The notes beneath the pieces were generated by a model. It was not told the DNA's origin, searched no databases, and saw nothing but the letters and a program-made list of their open reading frames with translations. Below, one piece after another: positions 8,279-18,349 of a DNA stretch of 64,000 bases. Position 1 is the first letter of the stretch, and the number at the start of each line of letters is the position of its first letter. Source of the stretch: Candidatus Saccharimonadota bacterium (GTDB lineage Bacteria > Patescibacteriota > Saccharimonadia > Saccharimonadales > DTSZ01); the NCBI GenBank assembly GCA_012965045.1, contig DTSZ01000001.1:6607-70606 (forward strand), written 5' to 3'. The translations under genes were made by a program, and so were the position numbers.

Positions 8279-10048
8279 ATGGCCGAAAAAACAATTACGA
8301 TCGGTGACTCCATAACTGTTTCCGATTTAGCAGATAAGATTGAAGTGAGCGCTGCTGAGTTAGTTGGAGCGTTGATGAAGAGTGGTGTAATGGCCACGCT
8401 TAATGACTATATTGACTTCGACACAGCTGCCATTATTGCTGCGGACTATGAAGTTGAGCTTGAACAAGAAGAGAAGAAAGATCCAATTGCCGAGCTAAAA
8501 AGTAAGCGCGATTTGTCTGATAAAGCGCAAGAAAGACCACCAGTAGTGGCTGTTATGGGTCATGTTGACCACGGTAAGACTACCTTGCTGGATTCTATTC
8601 GTGAAACTAAAATCGCCGAAGGCGAGTCTGGTGGAATTACTCAACACATATCCGCCTACCAAGTAACGCAAAATGACAGAGTAATCACCTTTTTAGATAC
8701 ACCTGGCCATTCAGCTTTTGCAGCGCTTCGTCAACACGGTGCGGCACTGACTGATGTTGCTGTTATTGTAGTGGCTGCTAATGATGGTGTGATGCCACAA
8801 ACCAAAGAAGCGGTTGAATATGCACAGCGTGCCGGTGTACGAATTGTCGTTGCTATTAATAAAATGGACGCCGATGGTGCCGACCCTAATCGTGTTAAGC
8901 AGCAACTGAGTGATCTGCAGTTGATCCCAGAAGATTGGGGTGGTGACACTGTAATGGTAGAGGTTTCTGCACTTAAAAATACGAATCTGGATAAGTTGCT
9001 TGAAATGATTCTTTTGGTGGCCGATATTGATGAACTTAAGGCTGATACTGAAGTGCCCGCAGAAGGTATTGTGATTGAATCTCACACTGCCACCGGCAAG
9101 GGTCCGATCGCGACTATACTTGTTGAGCATGGGGTGTTGCGTGTGGGTGACTTCATAGTTACTGCTGGCACATATGCCAAGGTGCGAACCCTAGAAGATA
9201 CATCAGGTAACGTTATTTCTGAAGCTGGCCCTTCGTGTCCAGCTGTTGTTACAGGATTTAAAGATGTCCCTGTTTTTGGCCAGCGGTTTGAAGAAGTTGA
9301 AAATGAAAAAACGGCCCGTAAATTAGCCAGTGAAGCTGGTCAGCAAATGCAAAAAGTTCGCACCAATGTAGTTAAATCTGCTAGCGACTCTGATGTTCTG
9401 CAAGCCATCGAACAAGAACGCCTAACGCAACAACTTAAACTAGTTCTAAAAGCTGACGTGCAAGGATCGCTCGAATCAATGATTACTTCGCTTGAAGAGC
9501 TTGGCAACGATGAAATTTCAGTGAAGGTTATTGCGTCTGGTGTTGGTGATATTAGCGAATCAGATATTACTGCCGCTCAAGCCGCAGAGGCTTCAATAGT
9601 TGGGTTTAATGTGCACGCCTCTGGCACTGTAAAACGCCAAGCAGTACGGGAAAATATTGATATAAAGAATTACACAGTAATTTATCAACTACTCGATGAC
9701 GTCAAAGAAAAGATGCAGGAGTTGCTGCAGCCAAATATCGTTGAAGAAGAGCTAGGAACACTAAAAGTAAAAGGCATATTTAGGACCACGCAGAAGCAAG
9801 TTGTCTGTGGTGGTTTAGTTACAGAAGGTAAACTCGTCAACAATCAATCAATCGTGAAGATTTTCAGAGAAGACGAACAAATAGCCGAAGCGACTATAGT
9901 TAGTCTGCAAAAGGGTCAGGATGTTGTTAAAGAAGTATTTAAAGATGACATGTGTGGCCTAGAGCTCGCCACCGATGAAAAAGTAAACTTAAAAGAAGGT
10001 GATAAGCTGGTTTGTATTCAGCGTACATCTGTAGTTAAAAAACTCTAG
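8279..10048 (+). CDS. infB: Translation initiation factor IF-2 (short N-terminus)
   Basis: GTPase motifs are GHVDHGKTTLLD, DTPGH and NKMD. Domain order is typical of IF-2, and a ggaggc SD lies upstream. Confidence 0.95.
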   Translation: MAEKTITIGDSITVSDLADKIEVSAAELVGALMKSGVMATLNDYIDFDTAAIIAADYEVELEQEEKKDPIAELKSKRDLSDKAQERPPVVAVMGHVDHGKTTLLDSIRETKIAEGESGGITQHISAYQVTQNDRVITFLDTPGHSAFAALRQHGAALTDVAVIVVAANDGVMPQTKEAVEYAQRAGVRIVVAINKMDADGADPNRVKQQLSDLQLIPEDWGGDTVMVEVSALKNTNLDKLLEMILLVADIDELKADTEVPAEGIVIESHTATGKGPIATILVEHGVLRVGDFIVTAGTYAKVRTLEDTSGNVISEAGPSCPAVVTGFKDVPVFGQRFEEVENEKTARKLASEAGQQMQKVRTNVVKSASDSDVLQAIEQERLTQQLKLVLKADVQGSLESMITSLEELGNDEISVKVIASGVGDISESDITAAQAAEASIVGFNVHASGTVKRQAVRENIDIKNYTVIYQLLDDVKEKMQELLQPNIVEEELGTLKVKGIFRTTQKQVVCGGLVTEGKLVNNQSIVKIFREDEQIAEATIVSLQKGQDVVKEVFKDDMCGLELATDEKVNLKEGDKLVCIQRTSVVKKL

Positions 10049-10074
10049 CGTTTTACTGTAGTAAACTTACATAT

Positions 10075-11754
10075 ATGGAACAAGAAAGCTTTGCTGAGCC
10101 GGTATTGGTTATAAATCGACCAGAGTCTTTTACTGCTCGTCCAGAAAAAAGCCAAGCAAACTTGCGCCAACGAGCTGCCAAATTTATAAGCGGCTTCCTT
10201 TTGCCAAGCAAAGAGGTTAAGACGAGCAGGGGTGTAGATTCAAAGACATCTATTTTCGACATTTTAGATGTCGATGTTCTTGGTCGGAAAAAGAAGGAAG
10301 AGAAAAAAGAACAACCAACCCTCTGGGAGCGAATACAGGAAAGAGCTCTATACTGGCGCGAAAAAGCAACTACTGATGAAGATACGTTTTTTGATACATG
10401 GCTAAAGAAGAAGACCCCCAATAACGATGTCCATAGTGGCGGCAGTGATTATGGCTTTGATATAGGGGAGTTGTTTTCGATTACAGCAACACAAAGACCG
10501 ACTGAGAGCCTGCTCAGCACAGAAGACGCCCTGCCGGAAGGAGCCGAAAAGCCAACAGGAACAAGAGAAACTATCGTGCAAAAATATTTTACAAAACAAA
10601 AAACTACTATCACCAAACTACTTACTCGGTCTAAAACACCAGAAACACAAGCAGAGTCGGATGCTACAGAATCACTGCCCACTGACCCTTCGGTGAACGT
10701 ACAGCAACCCGCAAAGGCCGAGACAGCTGGAGTTGACCTGTATCATTCAACCGAGAAGAAAGGGCGTACACACAGCGCACTCGGAGCGATCGGTGCAGCT
10801 GTATCGTTAGTTGCTTCTGAGATATCATCAACGCTTCATGTTCCAGCTAATGAAGGTGGAGATAGTGGAGTTGAGTTGGATCCGAAACCAACTCGCATGG
10901 AAGACGATATGAGCACTCCAGACGTTGAGAACAATGTCGCTACGGAGGGCCCGCTTGTTGCGAGAGTAAATTATTTTGACACCGAACAATTAACCGAACA
11001 CTCACAACTACCTCGAGTAGACATAGAAGAAGCAGCTGTCGAGCCTGTTATTGTATTCGAAAGGCGAGTCGTAGAGTCAGTAGACAAACAACCTAAAAAG
11101 ATCAACAAAACAGATCGAATAATTGAACACAAAAATAGTGCAAAGTCACCTTTCGAAGCTACGCAACAACCAGAAATTATTACCATGAATGATGGTGCTC
11201 AAAAAACAAAAGCAAGTGTCAAACAACAAAAATCAAACACAACAACGCAGAAGGAATTACCAAGAACCATTAAGCATAGTCGCAGGGAAAACCAACGGAG
11301 TGTTGTTGACGGTAAAGAGCAGGGTGTTGCGACAGCCAACAGCAAAGCTGATCTAAGTGAACATGCGAGGAGATTTACTGTGCGACGAAAACCCGAGCAC
11401 AGAAAGCTTCAATTTAGAGAAGCCGCACAGCCCGAACGGTATGCCAAAATATCTGAAAAAAAAGAGACAAAACGTATATCACCCGAGAGTGCGGATAAGC
11501 AGGAAATAGACAAGACCGCCAATAAGAAAACTATCGTATCATATGCAGAAATGGTTGCTGCTGCACCTACGCCTGAAAACTATCTACAGAAGCGCCAATT
11601 AGAGTACAGAGTATTGATTGATGACGCTAAACGAGCAGTTGAAAATGCCACACGGTCACTGCGAAACCCGAAGCTACGGTATTGGACTCGACGCAGCGTA
11701 GGGGCGGCTGGGGTAAGTGGAATTGCGTATTCAGTCATTAGGCTGGTATTCTAG
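10075..11754 (+). CDS. Hypothetical 559-aa low-complexity protein with a single C-terminal TM segment (tail-anchored)
   Basis: A long ORF rich in K/E/T/Q/S with no recognisable domain. The only hydrophobic segment is at the extreme C-terminus (SVGAAGVSGIAYSVIRLVF). No obvious SD is present. Confidence 0.5.
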   Translation: MEQESFAEPVLVINRPESFTARPEKSQANLRQRAAKFISGFLLPSKEVKTSRGVDSKTSIFDILDVDVLGRKKKEEKKEQPTLWERIQERALYWREKATTDEDTFFDTWLKKKTPNNDVHSGGSDYGFDIGELFSITATQRPTESLLSTEDALPEGAEKPTGTRETIVQKYFTKQKTTITKLLTRSKTPETQAESDATESLPTDPSVNVQQPAKAETAGVDLYHSTEKKGRTHSALGAIGAAVSLVASEISSTLHVPANEGGDSGVELDPKPTRMEDDMSTPDVENNVATEGPLVARVNYFDTEQLTEHSQLPRVDIEEAAVEPVIVFERRVVESVDKQPKKINKTDRIIEHKNSAKSPFEATQQPEIITMNDGAQKTKASVKQQKSNTTTQKELPRTIKHSRRENQRSVVDGKEQGVATANSKADLSEHARRFTVRRKPEHRKLQFREAAQPERYAKISEKKETKRISPESADKQEIDKTANKKTIVSYAEMVAAAPTPENYLQKRQLEYRVLIDDAKRAVENATRSLRNPKLRYWTRRSVGAAGVSGIAYSVIRLVF

Positions 11755-11758
11755 TTTT

Positions 11759-12070
11759 ATGTTAAAAATTGATGATTCATTACTACAAACAGCCGGTCTT
11801 GCCGATCTGCCCGACGAGGAAAAGAAAAAACTACTAGCTCAATTCCGAGAAATGCTAGAAATGCGCGTTGGTGTTCGCTTGGCGCAGAACATGACCGACG
11901 ATCAACTTGATGAATTTGAAGGCTTTATTGATACCAATGACCAGCCTGGTGCATTGAAGTGGCTTGAAACTAATTTCCCTAACTACAAACAAGTAGTTGC
12001 TGAAGAATTCGAAGGACTTAAAAAGGAAATTACCGAAAACGCAGAAGCGATTCGCTCAACTGTAGCGTAG
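11759..12070 (+). CDS. Small conserved hypothetical protein (from memory, resembles the DUF5663-type proteins common in Patescibacteria)
   Basis: The preferred start is MLKIDDSLLQTAGLADLPDEEKKKLLAQFREMLEMRVG.. (ATG 11759). The track ORF from 11717 would overlap the upstream gene. The protein is acidic and predicted helical. Confidence 0.5.
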   Translation: MLKIDDSLLQTAGLADLPDEEKKKLLAQFREMLEMRVGVRLAQNMTDDQLDEFEGFIDTNDQPGALKWLETNFPNYKQVVAEEFEGLKKEITENAEAIRSTVA

Positions 12071-12074
12071 GTAA

Positions 12075-13019
12075 CTATAGGTAGCCGTTGGCAAAATCTT
12101 TTGCAGCCATAGGCTTTTTGCCATCTGGTTGTAGCGAGAGGATTTCTAGCACGCCTTCTTCTGTATTGATTTTGATAATGCCGTCTTCGTAGATTGGGGT
12201 TGTGACTGGTAGTGAAGCTGTTTCATTTGCGCGGGCATCAAGGATTGCGCACGGTATGTCATTAATAGTCATTTTAACCTTAGGCCAGCCACTGTAGGCT
12301 TTAATCTTTTTAACAATGAACTCTGCTGGCTCGTCGGTTGAAACTTTGCCATCATGCTTAGAGATAAGCGGCGTATATGACGGCGTACCTGTTTGCTGGA
12401 ATGGCCGCAAGCTGCCACTCACAATATCGACCAGTGCATTTGGCAAAATGTCGACCGCCACAGCGACGACTTTTTCGTATAACTGCTGCTTGGTTGTTGT
12501 GTCGTCAATCTGAATTGTTTCTTGGAGAAATAACGGTCCTTCGTCCATCTTAGAGTTCAACTGCATGATCGATACACCAGTTTCTTTCTTGCCATCAAGC
12601 AAGGCTTGTTCGATAGGCGAGGACCCGCGATACACTGGCAGCAGTGACGGATGTACGTTAATAATTCCAAATGTGAATGCATCTAAAACGCTGCTGGGGA
12701 TAATCATCCCAAATGATGCAAGTACAGCTATTTCAGATTGTAGGTGCATTGTAGTTTGCTGAAGCTCTTCTTTAGTAGAAACCCAGATTGTCGGTATGTT
12801 GTGTTGTTTTGCGATGCGTTCAACGGCCCACTCTGTTTTAGCTGGCCCCGACCCACGCAGAATTACAGCCTCGATTATGTGGCCGTAATCGATGAGTGAT
12901 TGCAGAATTTGACCGTCACATTCAATACCAGTTGCAAGACTTTCATTACCAAAAAAAACTAATTTTTGGCCTAAGGAGGTCGAAAATCCGGCTCGTTTTA
13001 CGTCAGTCTTAAGTGGCAT
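12075..13019 (-). CDS. fmt: Methionyl-tRNA formyltransferase
   Basis: Motifs are INVHPSLLPVYRGSSPIEQALLDG and TGVSIMQL..MDEGP. I trimmed the start to MPLKT.. (13019), overlapping the def stop by 11 nt. The longer track ORF (to 13124) would run through def. Confidence 0.85.
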   Translation of the reverse strand: MPLKTDVKRAGFSTSLGQKLVFFGNESLATGIECDGQILQSLIDYGHIIEAVILRGSGPAKTEWAVERIAKQHNIPTIWVSTKEELQQTTMHLQSEIAVLASFGMIIPSSVLDAFTFGIINVHPSLLPVYRGSSPIEQALLDGKKETGVSIMQLNSKMDEGPLFLQETIQIDDTTTKQQLYEKVVAVAVDILPNALVDIVSGSLRPFQQTGTPSYTPLISKHDGKVSTDEPAEFIVKKIKAYSGWPKVKMTINDIPCAILDARANETASLPVTTPIYEDGIIKINTEEGVLEILSLQPDGKKPMAAKDFANGYL

Positions 13020-13608
13020 TTTTGGTAACGTCCATGTATTTGAGTAGTTTCGTTTTTTCGTCGCCGGTAACTTCGTCCATTTGCCCTTCGGGTAGTAATT
13101 TGAAAAAACGACCTTCCGCACCAATTTTATCTACGAATGTAATGCCATTAGTATGGTCGACTTCATGCTGGAAAACTCGCGCTAAAAATCCCTTTACTAC
13201 AAATTTAACTGGCCGCCCAAATTCGTTTTTGGCTTTTACTTTAACCTTGCTGTAACGGGGGACCATTCCGTACACATCAGACACACTTAAACAGCCTTCG
13301 TGCTCTTCGACAACCTCACCTTCATAGCGAGTTATTTCAGGGTTAATAAATATATCAAAATTAGTATTCGATTTGTCACGAAAGCTTTGCCGCACGACAA
13401 CTACTCGTTGCAGAACACCAATCTGGGTAGCTGCAAGGGCTACTCCAAATTCATGCGGGCGGCTTGCTTCCCAGTCCAGCGTTGCTGATTTCATGTCCGC
13501 AATTAATTTTTCAATTTTTTTATTCAATGGAAAAGACACTTCGTCGGATTGCTGACGGAGGTTTTTAGTTGGTAGTGTTACGATGTCTTCTTTTGACGCC
13601 ATGGACAT
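13009..13608 (-). CDS. def: Peptide deformylase
   Basis: The three PDF motifs are present: GVALAATQIG, EGCLSV and HEVDHTNG. Confidence 0.9.
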   Translation of the reverse strand: MSMASKEDIVTLPTKNLRQQSDEVSFPLNKKIEKLIADMKSATLDWEASRPHEFGVALAATQIGVLQRVVVVRQSFRDKSNTNFDIFINPEITRYEGEVVEEHEGCLSVSDVYGMVPRYSKVKVKAKNEFGRPVKFVVKGFLARVFQHEVDHTNGITFVDKIGAEGRFFKLLPEGQMDEVTGDEKTKLLKYMDVTKNAT

Positions 13609-13612
13609 TAGT

Positions 13613-15532
13613 TTACAGCAAATTTAATGGATCAAAATTACAAATTATATTTTCTGATTCTAGTTGACGAGCAATGGCATTCAGCGTTGATCGTTTTTTT
13701 GTCCTAAAAATTAAATGCCATTGTTTTTTGCCCGCTGGGACATACATGCTCGGAGCAGGACCAAGGCTATTGATGTTTTTAAACTTCTGCTTAATTCGCA
13801 ACAGATCATTCTTTGCAGAGCTGTCAGAGTTTCGGCGAGCAGTGATTTTTAGTAAGTACGAGAATGGAGGATAGAATCCTTCTTGTCTTTGTTTGATTTC
13901 ATACTCGTAAAATTCTTGATAATTTTCTGTCAGTGCCGCGGTAATGGCTTTGTTTTGCGGGTTAAGTGTTTGAATAAATGTCCGAGCACCTTTGCCTCGG
14001 CGATCATTTCTACCAATGACCTGCGTTAGCATTTGAAAAGTTAGCTCCTCGGACCGAAAGTCTGGAATGTAGAGCATAGAATCGGCGTCCACGACGCCAA
14101 CGGTCGATAGACTTGGAAAGTCAAAGCCTTTTGTTAGGAGTTGTGTGCCAATAAGGATATCAATTTTGTTGTCAGCAATATTGGTTAAGAGTGATTTGTA
14201 CGTAAATGCCTGCTTAGAGGTAATGTCGCGGTCAATTCTTTCAATGCGGGCCTGAGGAAATAATTTTTTAAGTTCTTGTTCCAGTTTTTGAGTACCAGTG
14301 CCGCGGTAATGAACATCGCTGGAGCCACAGTTTTTGCAATGGATGATCGGTTCGGACATCTTGCCGCAAATATGACAAGTGTTCTTTTTGTTGAAACTGT
14401 GGAATGTGAGGGGGTGAGAGCACAGGTCGCACTCGGCCTTCCACCCACACTCAGAGCACAGAATATTGGGCGAATGCCCTCGGCGATTTAAAAAAAGCAG
14501 CGACAGCTGTTTGCTGGCTGTTGATGTATCGATTGATTCGATAAGGGCATCGCTTAGCACTTTGCTTCGGCCAAAGAGTTGCTTATTAGTTCTATCAACG
14601 ACGGAAATCGAATGGTTGCTGCTTTTAAATATTCGCTCGGGTAGTTTTAAATAATTGATCCGCCCAGTTTCGGAATAATACTGCTCTGTAACATTTGGCG
14701 TTGCTGTGGCGAGCACTAATTGGGCTTTTGCTTGCTTTGCTCGAAATGCCGCTATGTGAACACTGTCGTAATACGGGCTTGAGTCTTGCTTTAATGATGC
14801 ATCATGAGCTTCGTCGATGATCACACAGCCAAGGTGCCGAACTGGTGAGAATACTGCCGAACGGGGCCCGAGCACAACAACGGGCTCGTCGCTAGTGGCA
14901 ACTGCTTGCCATGCAGCGTGTCGCTGGGCTTCAGATAATTCGGAATGCATGTGGACAGTATTGAATCCATGTGAGTGTAGGATGGCCAGTGTTTGGTTAG
15001 ACAAACCAATTTCGGGAACTAGTAAGATTACATCTTTTCCTCGCTGTATTGTTTTTTTGATAACTTCAAGCATAACCTTGGTTTTGCCGGAACCCGTTAC
15101 GCCATGGAGCAAAAATGTGCCGTTGGTTGTGTTTTCAATCTGTTTTATAACGCGTTTTTGAGCAGCGGTTAAGGGAGAGTCGTCTTCGGTAGCTGTGGCG
15201 CTGGGCGTGGTGAATTTTTTTCGTCTAGTAACATGCAGTTTTGATGGTACGACCAATCGTGCTGACTCAATAACACTTAAGCTGTAGTAGTCTGAAATCC
15301 AAGAAATTAATTGCATAAGATCCGGGGGGAGGCTAAAGATGGTTTCAAGGATGGGTTTTGTGGTAAACGAGGGCTTGGAGGTCTTAGTGTGCACTAAAGC
15401 GGTTATGGTTCGCTTACCGTAGGTGACTTTAACCACATCACCTATCTGCAGAGCGCTGTCGTAGTGATAGGTCGCGAACCCTAAGTGTTTTGAGAGCGGC
15501 GAAAGTGGGATAAGTTCATAAAAATTGCTCAT
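13613..15532 (-). CDS. priA: Primosomal protein N' (replication restart helicase PriA)
   Basis: Walker A is GVTGSGKT, the DEAH box is IIDEAHD, and a Cys-rich zinc-binding insert is present (CSECGW..CDLC..CHICG..CKNCG). The conserved priA-def-fmt order is retained. Confidence 0.9.
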   Translation of the reverse strand: MSNFYELIPLSPLSKHLGFATYHYDSALQIGDVVKVTYGKRTITALVHTKTSKPSFTTKPILETIFSLPPDLMQLISWISDYYSLSVIESARLVVPSKLHVTRRKKFTTPSATATEDDSPLTAAQKRVIKQIENTTNGTFLLHGVTGSGKTKVMLEVIKKTIQRGKDVILLVPEIGLSNQTLAILHSHGFNTVHMHSELSEAQRHAAWQAVATSDEPVVVLGPRSAVFSPVRHLGCVIIDEAHDASLKQDSSPYYDSVHIAAFRAKQAKAQLVLATATPNVTEQYYSETGRINYLKLPERIFKSSNHSISVVDRTNKQLFGRSKVLSDALIESIDTSTASKQLSLLFLNRRGHSPNILCSECGWKAECDLCSHPLTFHSFNKKNTCHICGKMSEPIIHCKNCGSSDVHYRGTGTQKLEQELKKLFPQARIERIDRDITSKQAFTYKSLLTNIADNKIDILIGTQLLTKGFDFPSLSTVGVVDADSMLYIPDFRSEELTFQMLTQVIGRNDRRGKGARTFIQTLNPQNKAITAALTENYQEFYEYEIKQRQEGFYPPFSYLLKITARRNSDSSAKNDLLRIKQKFKNINSLGPAPSMYVPAGKKQWHLIFRTKKRSTLNAIARQLESENIICNFDPLNLL

Positions 15533-15681
15533 AGTATTATTGTACAGTTAAACGAAAATCGTAGTAATCAAAACAATATAAACATAAGCGGTCGAATCGT
15601 AAATAGAGGCTATTGAAACTGTTAATAGGTACACATAAATTTGTATTTTTGCTAAATAGTAGATAAAAATACAAAAAATCC

Positions 15682-15711
15682 TTGACTATAAATCGTTGCA
15701 TTGAATACAAT
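15682..15711 (+). promoter_or_regulatory. Candidate promoter TTGACT-N18-TACAAT, only 9 nt from the ATG at 15721 (leaderless or near-leaderless mRNA?)
   Basis: TTGACT lies at 15682-15687 and TACAAT at 15706-15711. No SD sits between the -10 element and the ATG. Confidence 0.3.
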
Positions 15712-15720
15712 ATAGGCACT

Positions 15721-16008
15721 ATGTTGGACGTGTTTATTACATCTCGAGTTCGTCGAAAGATTTTGGTAGTCTATGCCAAATATCCTGATTTTCAGACGCA
15801 TGTTCGTGGTCTTGCTAAATTAATCAAAGAAGACCCAGGTAATATTCAACGTGAGTTAACTAAGCTAGAAAAAGTTGGCTTCCTTAATTCACGCAAGGAA
15901 TCAAACACCAAGGTATATAGTGCCAACACAGCTTTTCCCATATTTAAAGAACTTCAAAGTATTGTCTTAAAAAGCCAACGTGCGAAGCGAATTGCTCGTC
16001 AATCGTAA
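15721..16008 (+). CDS. Small winged-helix (ArsR/MarR-like) transcriptional regulator
   Basis: The protein is MLDVFITSRVRRKILVVYAKYPD..HVRGLAKLIKEDPGNIQRELTKLEKVGFLNSRKESNTKVY, which fits an HTH plus wing pattern. I trimmed the start from the track ORF (15682) to the first ATG after the promoter. Confidence 0.55.
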   Translation: MLDVFITSRVRRKILVVYAKYPDFQTHVRGLAKLIKEDPGNIQRELTKLEKVGFLNSRKESNTKVYSANTAFPIFKELQSIVLKSQRAKRIARQS

Positions 16009-16011
16009 TTA

Positions 16012-17625
16012 ATGAACACAAAAAAAGGTAGCTTATTTAACCAAGTTCTTTTAGCGCGTGGATTACGGACCGAAGCGAATACATTTTTTGAAGCACCATA
16101 TAGTAGACTTTCGCACAATCCATACCTATTAACAGATATGAATAAAGCCGTTACTAGAATTGTTCATGCAAAAAAAACAAACGAAAAAATTTGTGTATAT
16201 GGCGACTATGACATTGATGGGCTGACTGCAACTACCGTGCTGCTGGACGCTTTTAAGGCTTTTGGGATAGACGCCTTTGCGCATATTCCTAATCGATTTA
16301 GTGAGGGGTATGGGCTAAATAACCAGTCGCTTGATGCTATTAAAAGTAAGGGCGCAGACTTAGTGATAACAGTCGATTGTGGCTCGACGTCTATCAGCCA
16401 AGCAGCGCACGCTCGCGATCTTGGGCTAGACCTTATTATTACCGACCACCATACGGTTAGCGCACAGTTACCAGACTGCGTCGCAGTTATTAATCCTAAA
16501 CGCACAGATAATGATTATCCATTTATTGACCTTGCCGGGGTCGGGGTAGCCTTCAAATTAGTTCAAGCTTTGCAGTCCGAACTTGACGGACTGCCCGCTG
16601 GGCAAGAAAAGTGGCTCATGGACTTAGTGTCGCTGGGGACTGTTTGTGATGTGGTTGAACTTCAGGATGAGAATCGTATGTTAGTTAAATGGGGAACCGA
16701 GGTGATGAAAAAAACTCGCCGCCCTGGCATACAGGCCTTACTGGATGTCGCAGCTACTAATAGACACGACATAGACGCTGCGACGTTTGGTTTTAGGCTT
16801 GGGCCCCGGCTTAATGCGTCTGGTCGGTTAGAGCATGCGCAGTTGAGCTTAGATTTATTAACCGCAACCGCTGAAGATACAGCAGTCAACATAAGTAAAA
16901 CTTTAGAAGAGATGAATAGTGAACGGCGAAGAATTCAGTCAATTATTTATGAAGAAGCAATTAACCAGGTAGACCCGAACGATGATGTCATAGTTGTGGC
17001 GAGTGATTCATGGTCACATGGAGTTGTAGGCATTGTAGCTTCTAAGCTAGTTGAGAAATATAGAAAACCAGCCTTTGTAATGCAGCATCTGGGGGATGGA
17101 ACAACTAAAGGTTCGGCCCGTAGTTTTGGTAGCTTTAAGGCCGTCGATGCTATTCGATCGTGTGGTGAACTGATTATTAGTGGTGGCGGACATGCTGCTG
17201 CTGGAGGATGCACAATAGCGACAAAAGATTTCGATGGTTTTAAAAAAGCAATTAATGCTTTCTATGCGAGCCTCAACTTGTCTGATCAGATACAGTTTTT
17301 GCGACCACCTGTAGATGTTGAGCTTGAGGACCTATCAGCTGTAACTGTGCAAGAAATAGCGCAGTTTAAATTGCTTGAACCATTTGGCAGAGGTAATCCT
17401 GAACCGCATTTTTTACTTACCGATATTAATATTAATTCACAGCGACTGGTTGGGGCTCAAAAAAATCATCTACAGCTAACCATTACAGACAAACTTGGCA
17501 CCATGATGAGAGGCATTATGTTTGGCCAATCGTCTGAAATTACTGAGTCTATTTCGCCGATTGTAACGTTTTCGGAAAGTAGCTATCGACCTGGTGACGT
17601 TGAGTTTCAAATTAAGTTTGTGTAG
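16012..17625 (+). CDS. recJ: Single-stranded-DNA-specific exonuclease RecJ
   Basis: DHH-family motifs are present: GDYDIDGLT, VITVDCG, ITDHH and GGHAAAAG (DHHA1). Confidence 0.9.
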   Translation: MNTKKGSLFNQVLLARGLRTEANTFFEAPYSRLSHNPYLLTDMNKAVTRIVHAKKTNEKICVYGDYDIDGLTATTVLLDAFKAFGIDAFAHIPNRFSEGYGLNNQSLDAIKSKGADLVITVDCGSTSISQAAHARDLGLDLIITDHHTVSAQLPDCVAVINPKRTDNDYPFIDLAGVGVAFKLVQALQSELDGLPAGQEKWLMDLVSLGTVCDVVELQDENRMLVKWGTEVMKKTRRPGIQALLDVAATNRHDIDAATFGFRLGPRLNASGRLEHAQLSLDLLTATAEDTAVNISKTLEEMNSERRRIQSIIYEEAINQVDPNDDVIVVASDSWSHGVVGIVASKLVEKYRKPAFVMQHLGDGTTKGSARSFGSFKAVDAIRSCGELIISGGGHAAAGGCTIATKDFDGFKKAINAFYASLNLSDQIQFLRPPVDVELEDLSAVTVQEIAQFKLLEPFGRGNPEPHFLLTDININSQRLVGAQKNHLQLTITDKLGTMMRGIMFGQSSEITESISPIVTFSESSYRPGDVEFQIKFV

Positions 17626-17690
17626 TTGCAAAACCACATCTGTTACTGTAGGATACAAGCTGATAGAAATAGTATGACAGGAGCCTTTAA

Positions 17691-17903
17691 GTGGTTTTAG
17701 TTACAAGAAAAGACGGGAAAGAGTCATTAGAAAATATGATTCGTCGCTTCAATAAGCGAGTTGCTATGTCTGGTGTTATTGCTGCTGCTCGAAATAACCA
17801 GTATTTCGAAAAACCAATCAGTAAAACTGAACGCCGAAGCAAAGCTATTATCCGTAACAAACGTAAAGCTGAAAAACTTCGCCAAATTCGTCTAGGTAAG
17901 TAA
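17691..17903 (+). CDS. rpsU: 30S ribosomal protein S21 (GTG start)
   Basis: A 70-aa basic protein with ..ESLENMIRRFNKRV...G.....R....FEKP..KRR, typical of S21. Confidence 0.9.
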   Translation: MVLVTRKDGKESLENMIRRFNKRVAMSGVIAAARNNQYFEKPISKTERRSKAIIRNKRKAEKLRQIRLGK

Positions 17904-18349
17904 TGCAGGCGAGAGTATTAGAAGATCTAAAGCAAGCTATGTTGTCACGCGATGCCGTGACAACATCTGTTTTAAAACAACTCAAAGTCGCGTTTCAGTA
18001 CGCAGCCATCGATAAGCAGTCCGACCTTGATGAGGCTGAAGAGCTGAAGATCATAAAAAAAGAAGCTAAAAAACGTCGCGAAGCTATAGAAATTTACGAA
18101 AAAGCTAATCATATCGATAAAGCTGAAAGCGAACGCAAAGAACTTGCTGTACTAGAAACATATCTACCTCAACAATTGTCTGAGGCTGAAATGCTAAAAG
18201 AGGTGGAAGCAGCAGTCGAGAAACTTAACGCAACCCAGTTGTCAGATGTCGGTAAAGTAATGGGGCATCTGTCGCAAAAACTGGCAGGTAACGTCGACAA
18301 CCGCCGTTTAAGTGAAATTGTTAGAGACCGACTAAAAGGCGATTCTTAG
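17903..18349 (+). CDS. GatB/YqeY-domain protein
   Basis: The protein shows ..LKQAMLSRD......LKQL......A.......L.D.E....I.KE.KKR.E.I..Y.....D.A..E..E...LE.YLP, as in the YqeY family. Its start overlaps the rpsU stop by 1 nt (TAATG). Confidence 0.8.
   Translation: MQARVLEDLKQAMLSRDAVTTSVLKQLKVAFQYAAIDKQSDLDEAEELKIIKKEAKKRREAIEIYEKANHIDKAESERKELAVLETYLPQQLSEAEMLKEVEAAVEKLNATQLSDVGKVMGHLSQKLAGNVDNRRLSEIVRDRLKGDS

Noticed and set aside
13020-13124. Long form of fmt (track ORF to 13124)
   Set aside because: It would overlap about 115 nt of the def coding region with a non-homologous N-terminal extension. MPLKT.. at 13019 gives the usual small def/fmt overlap.
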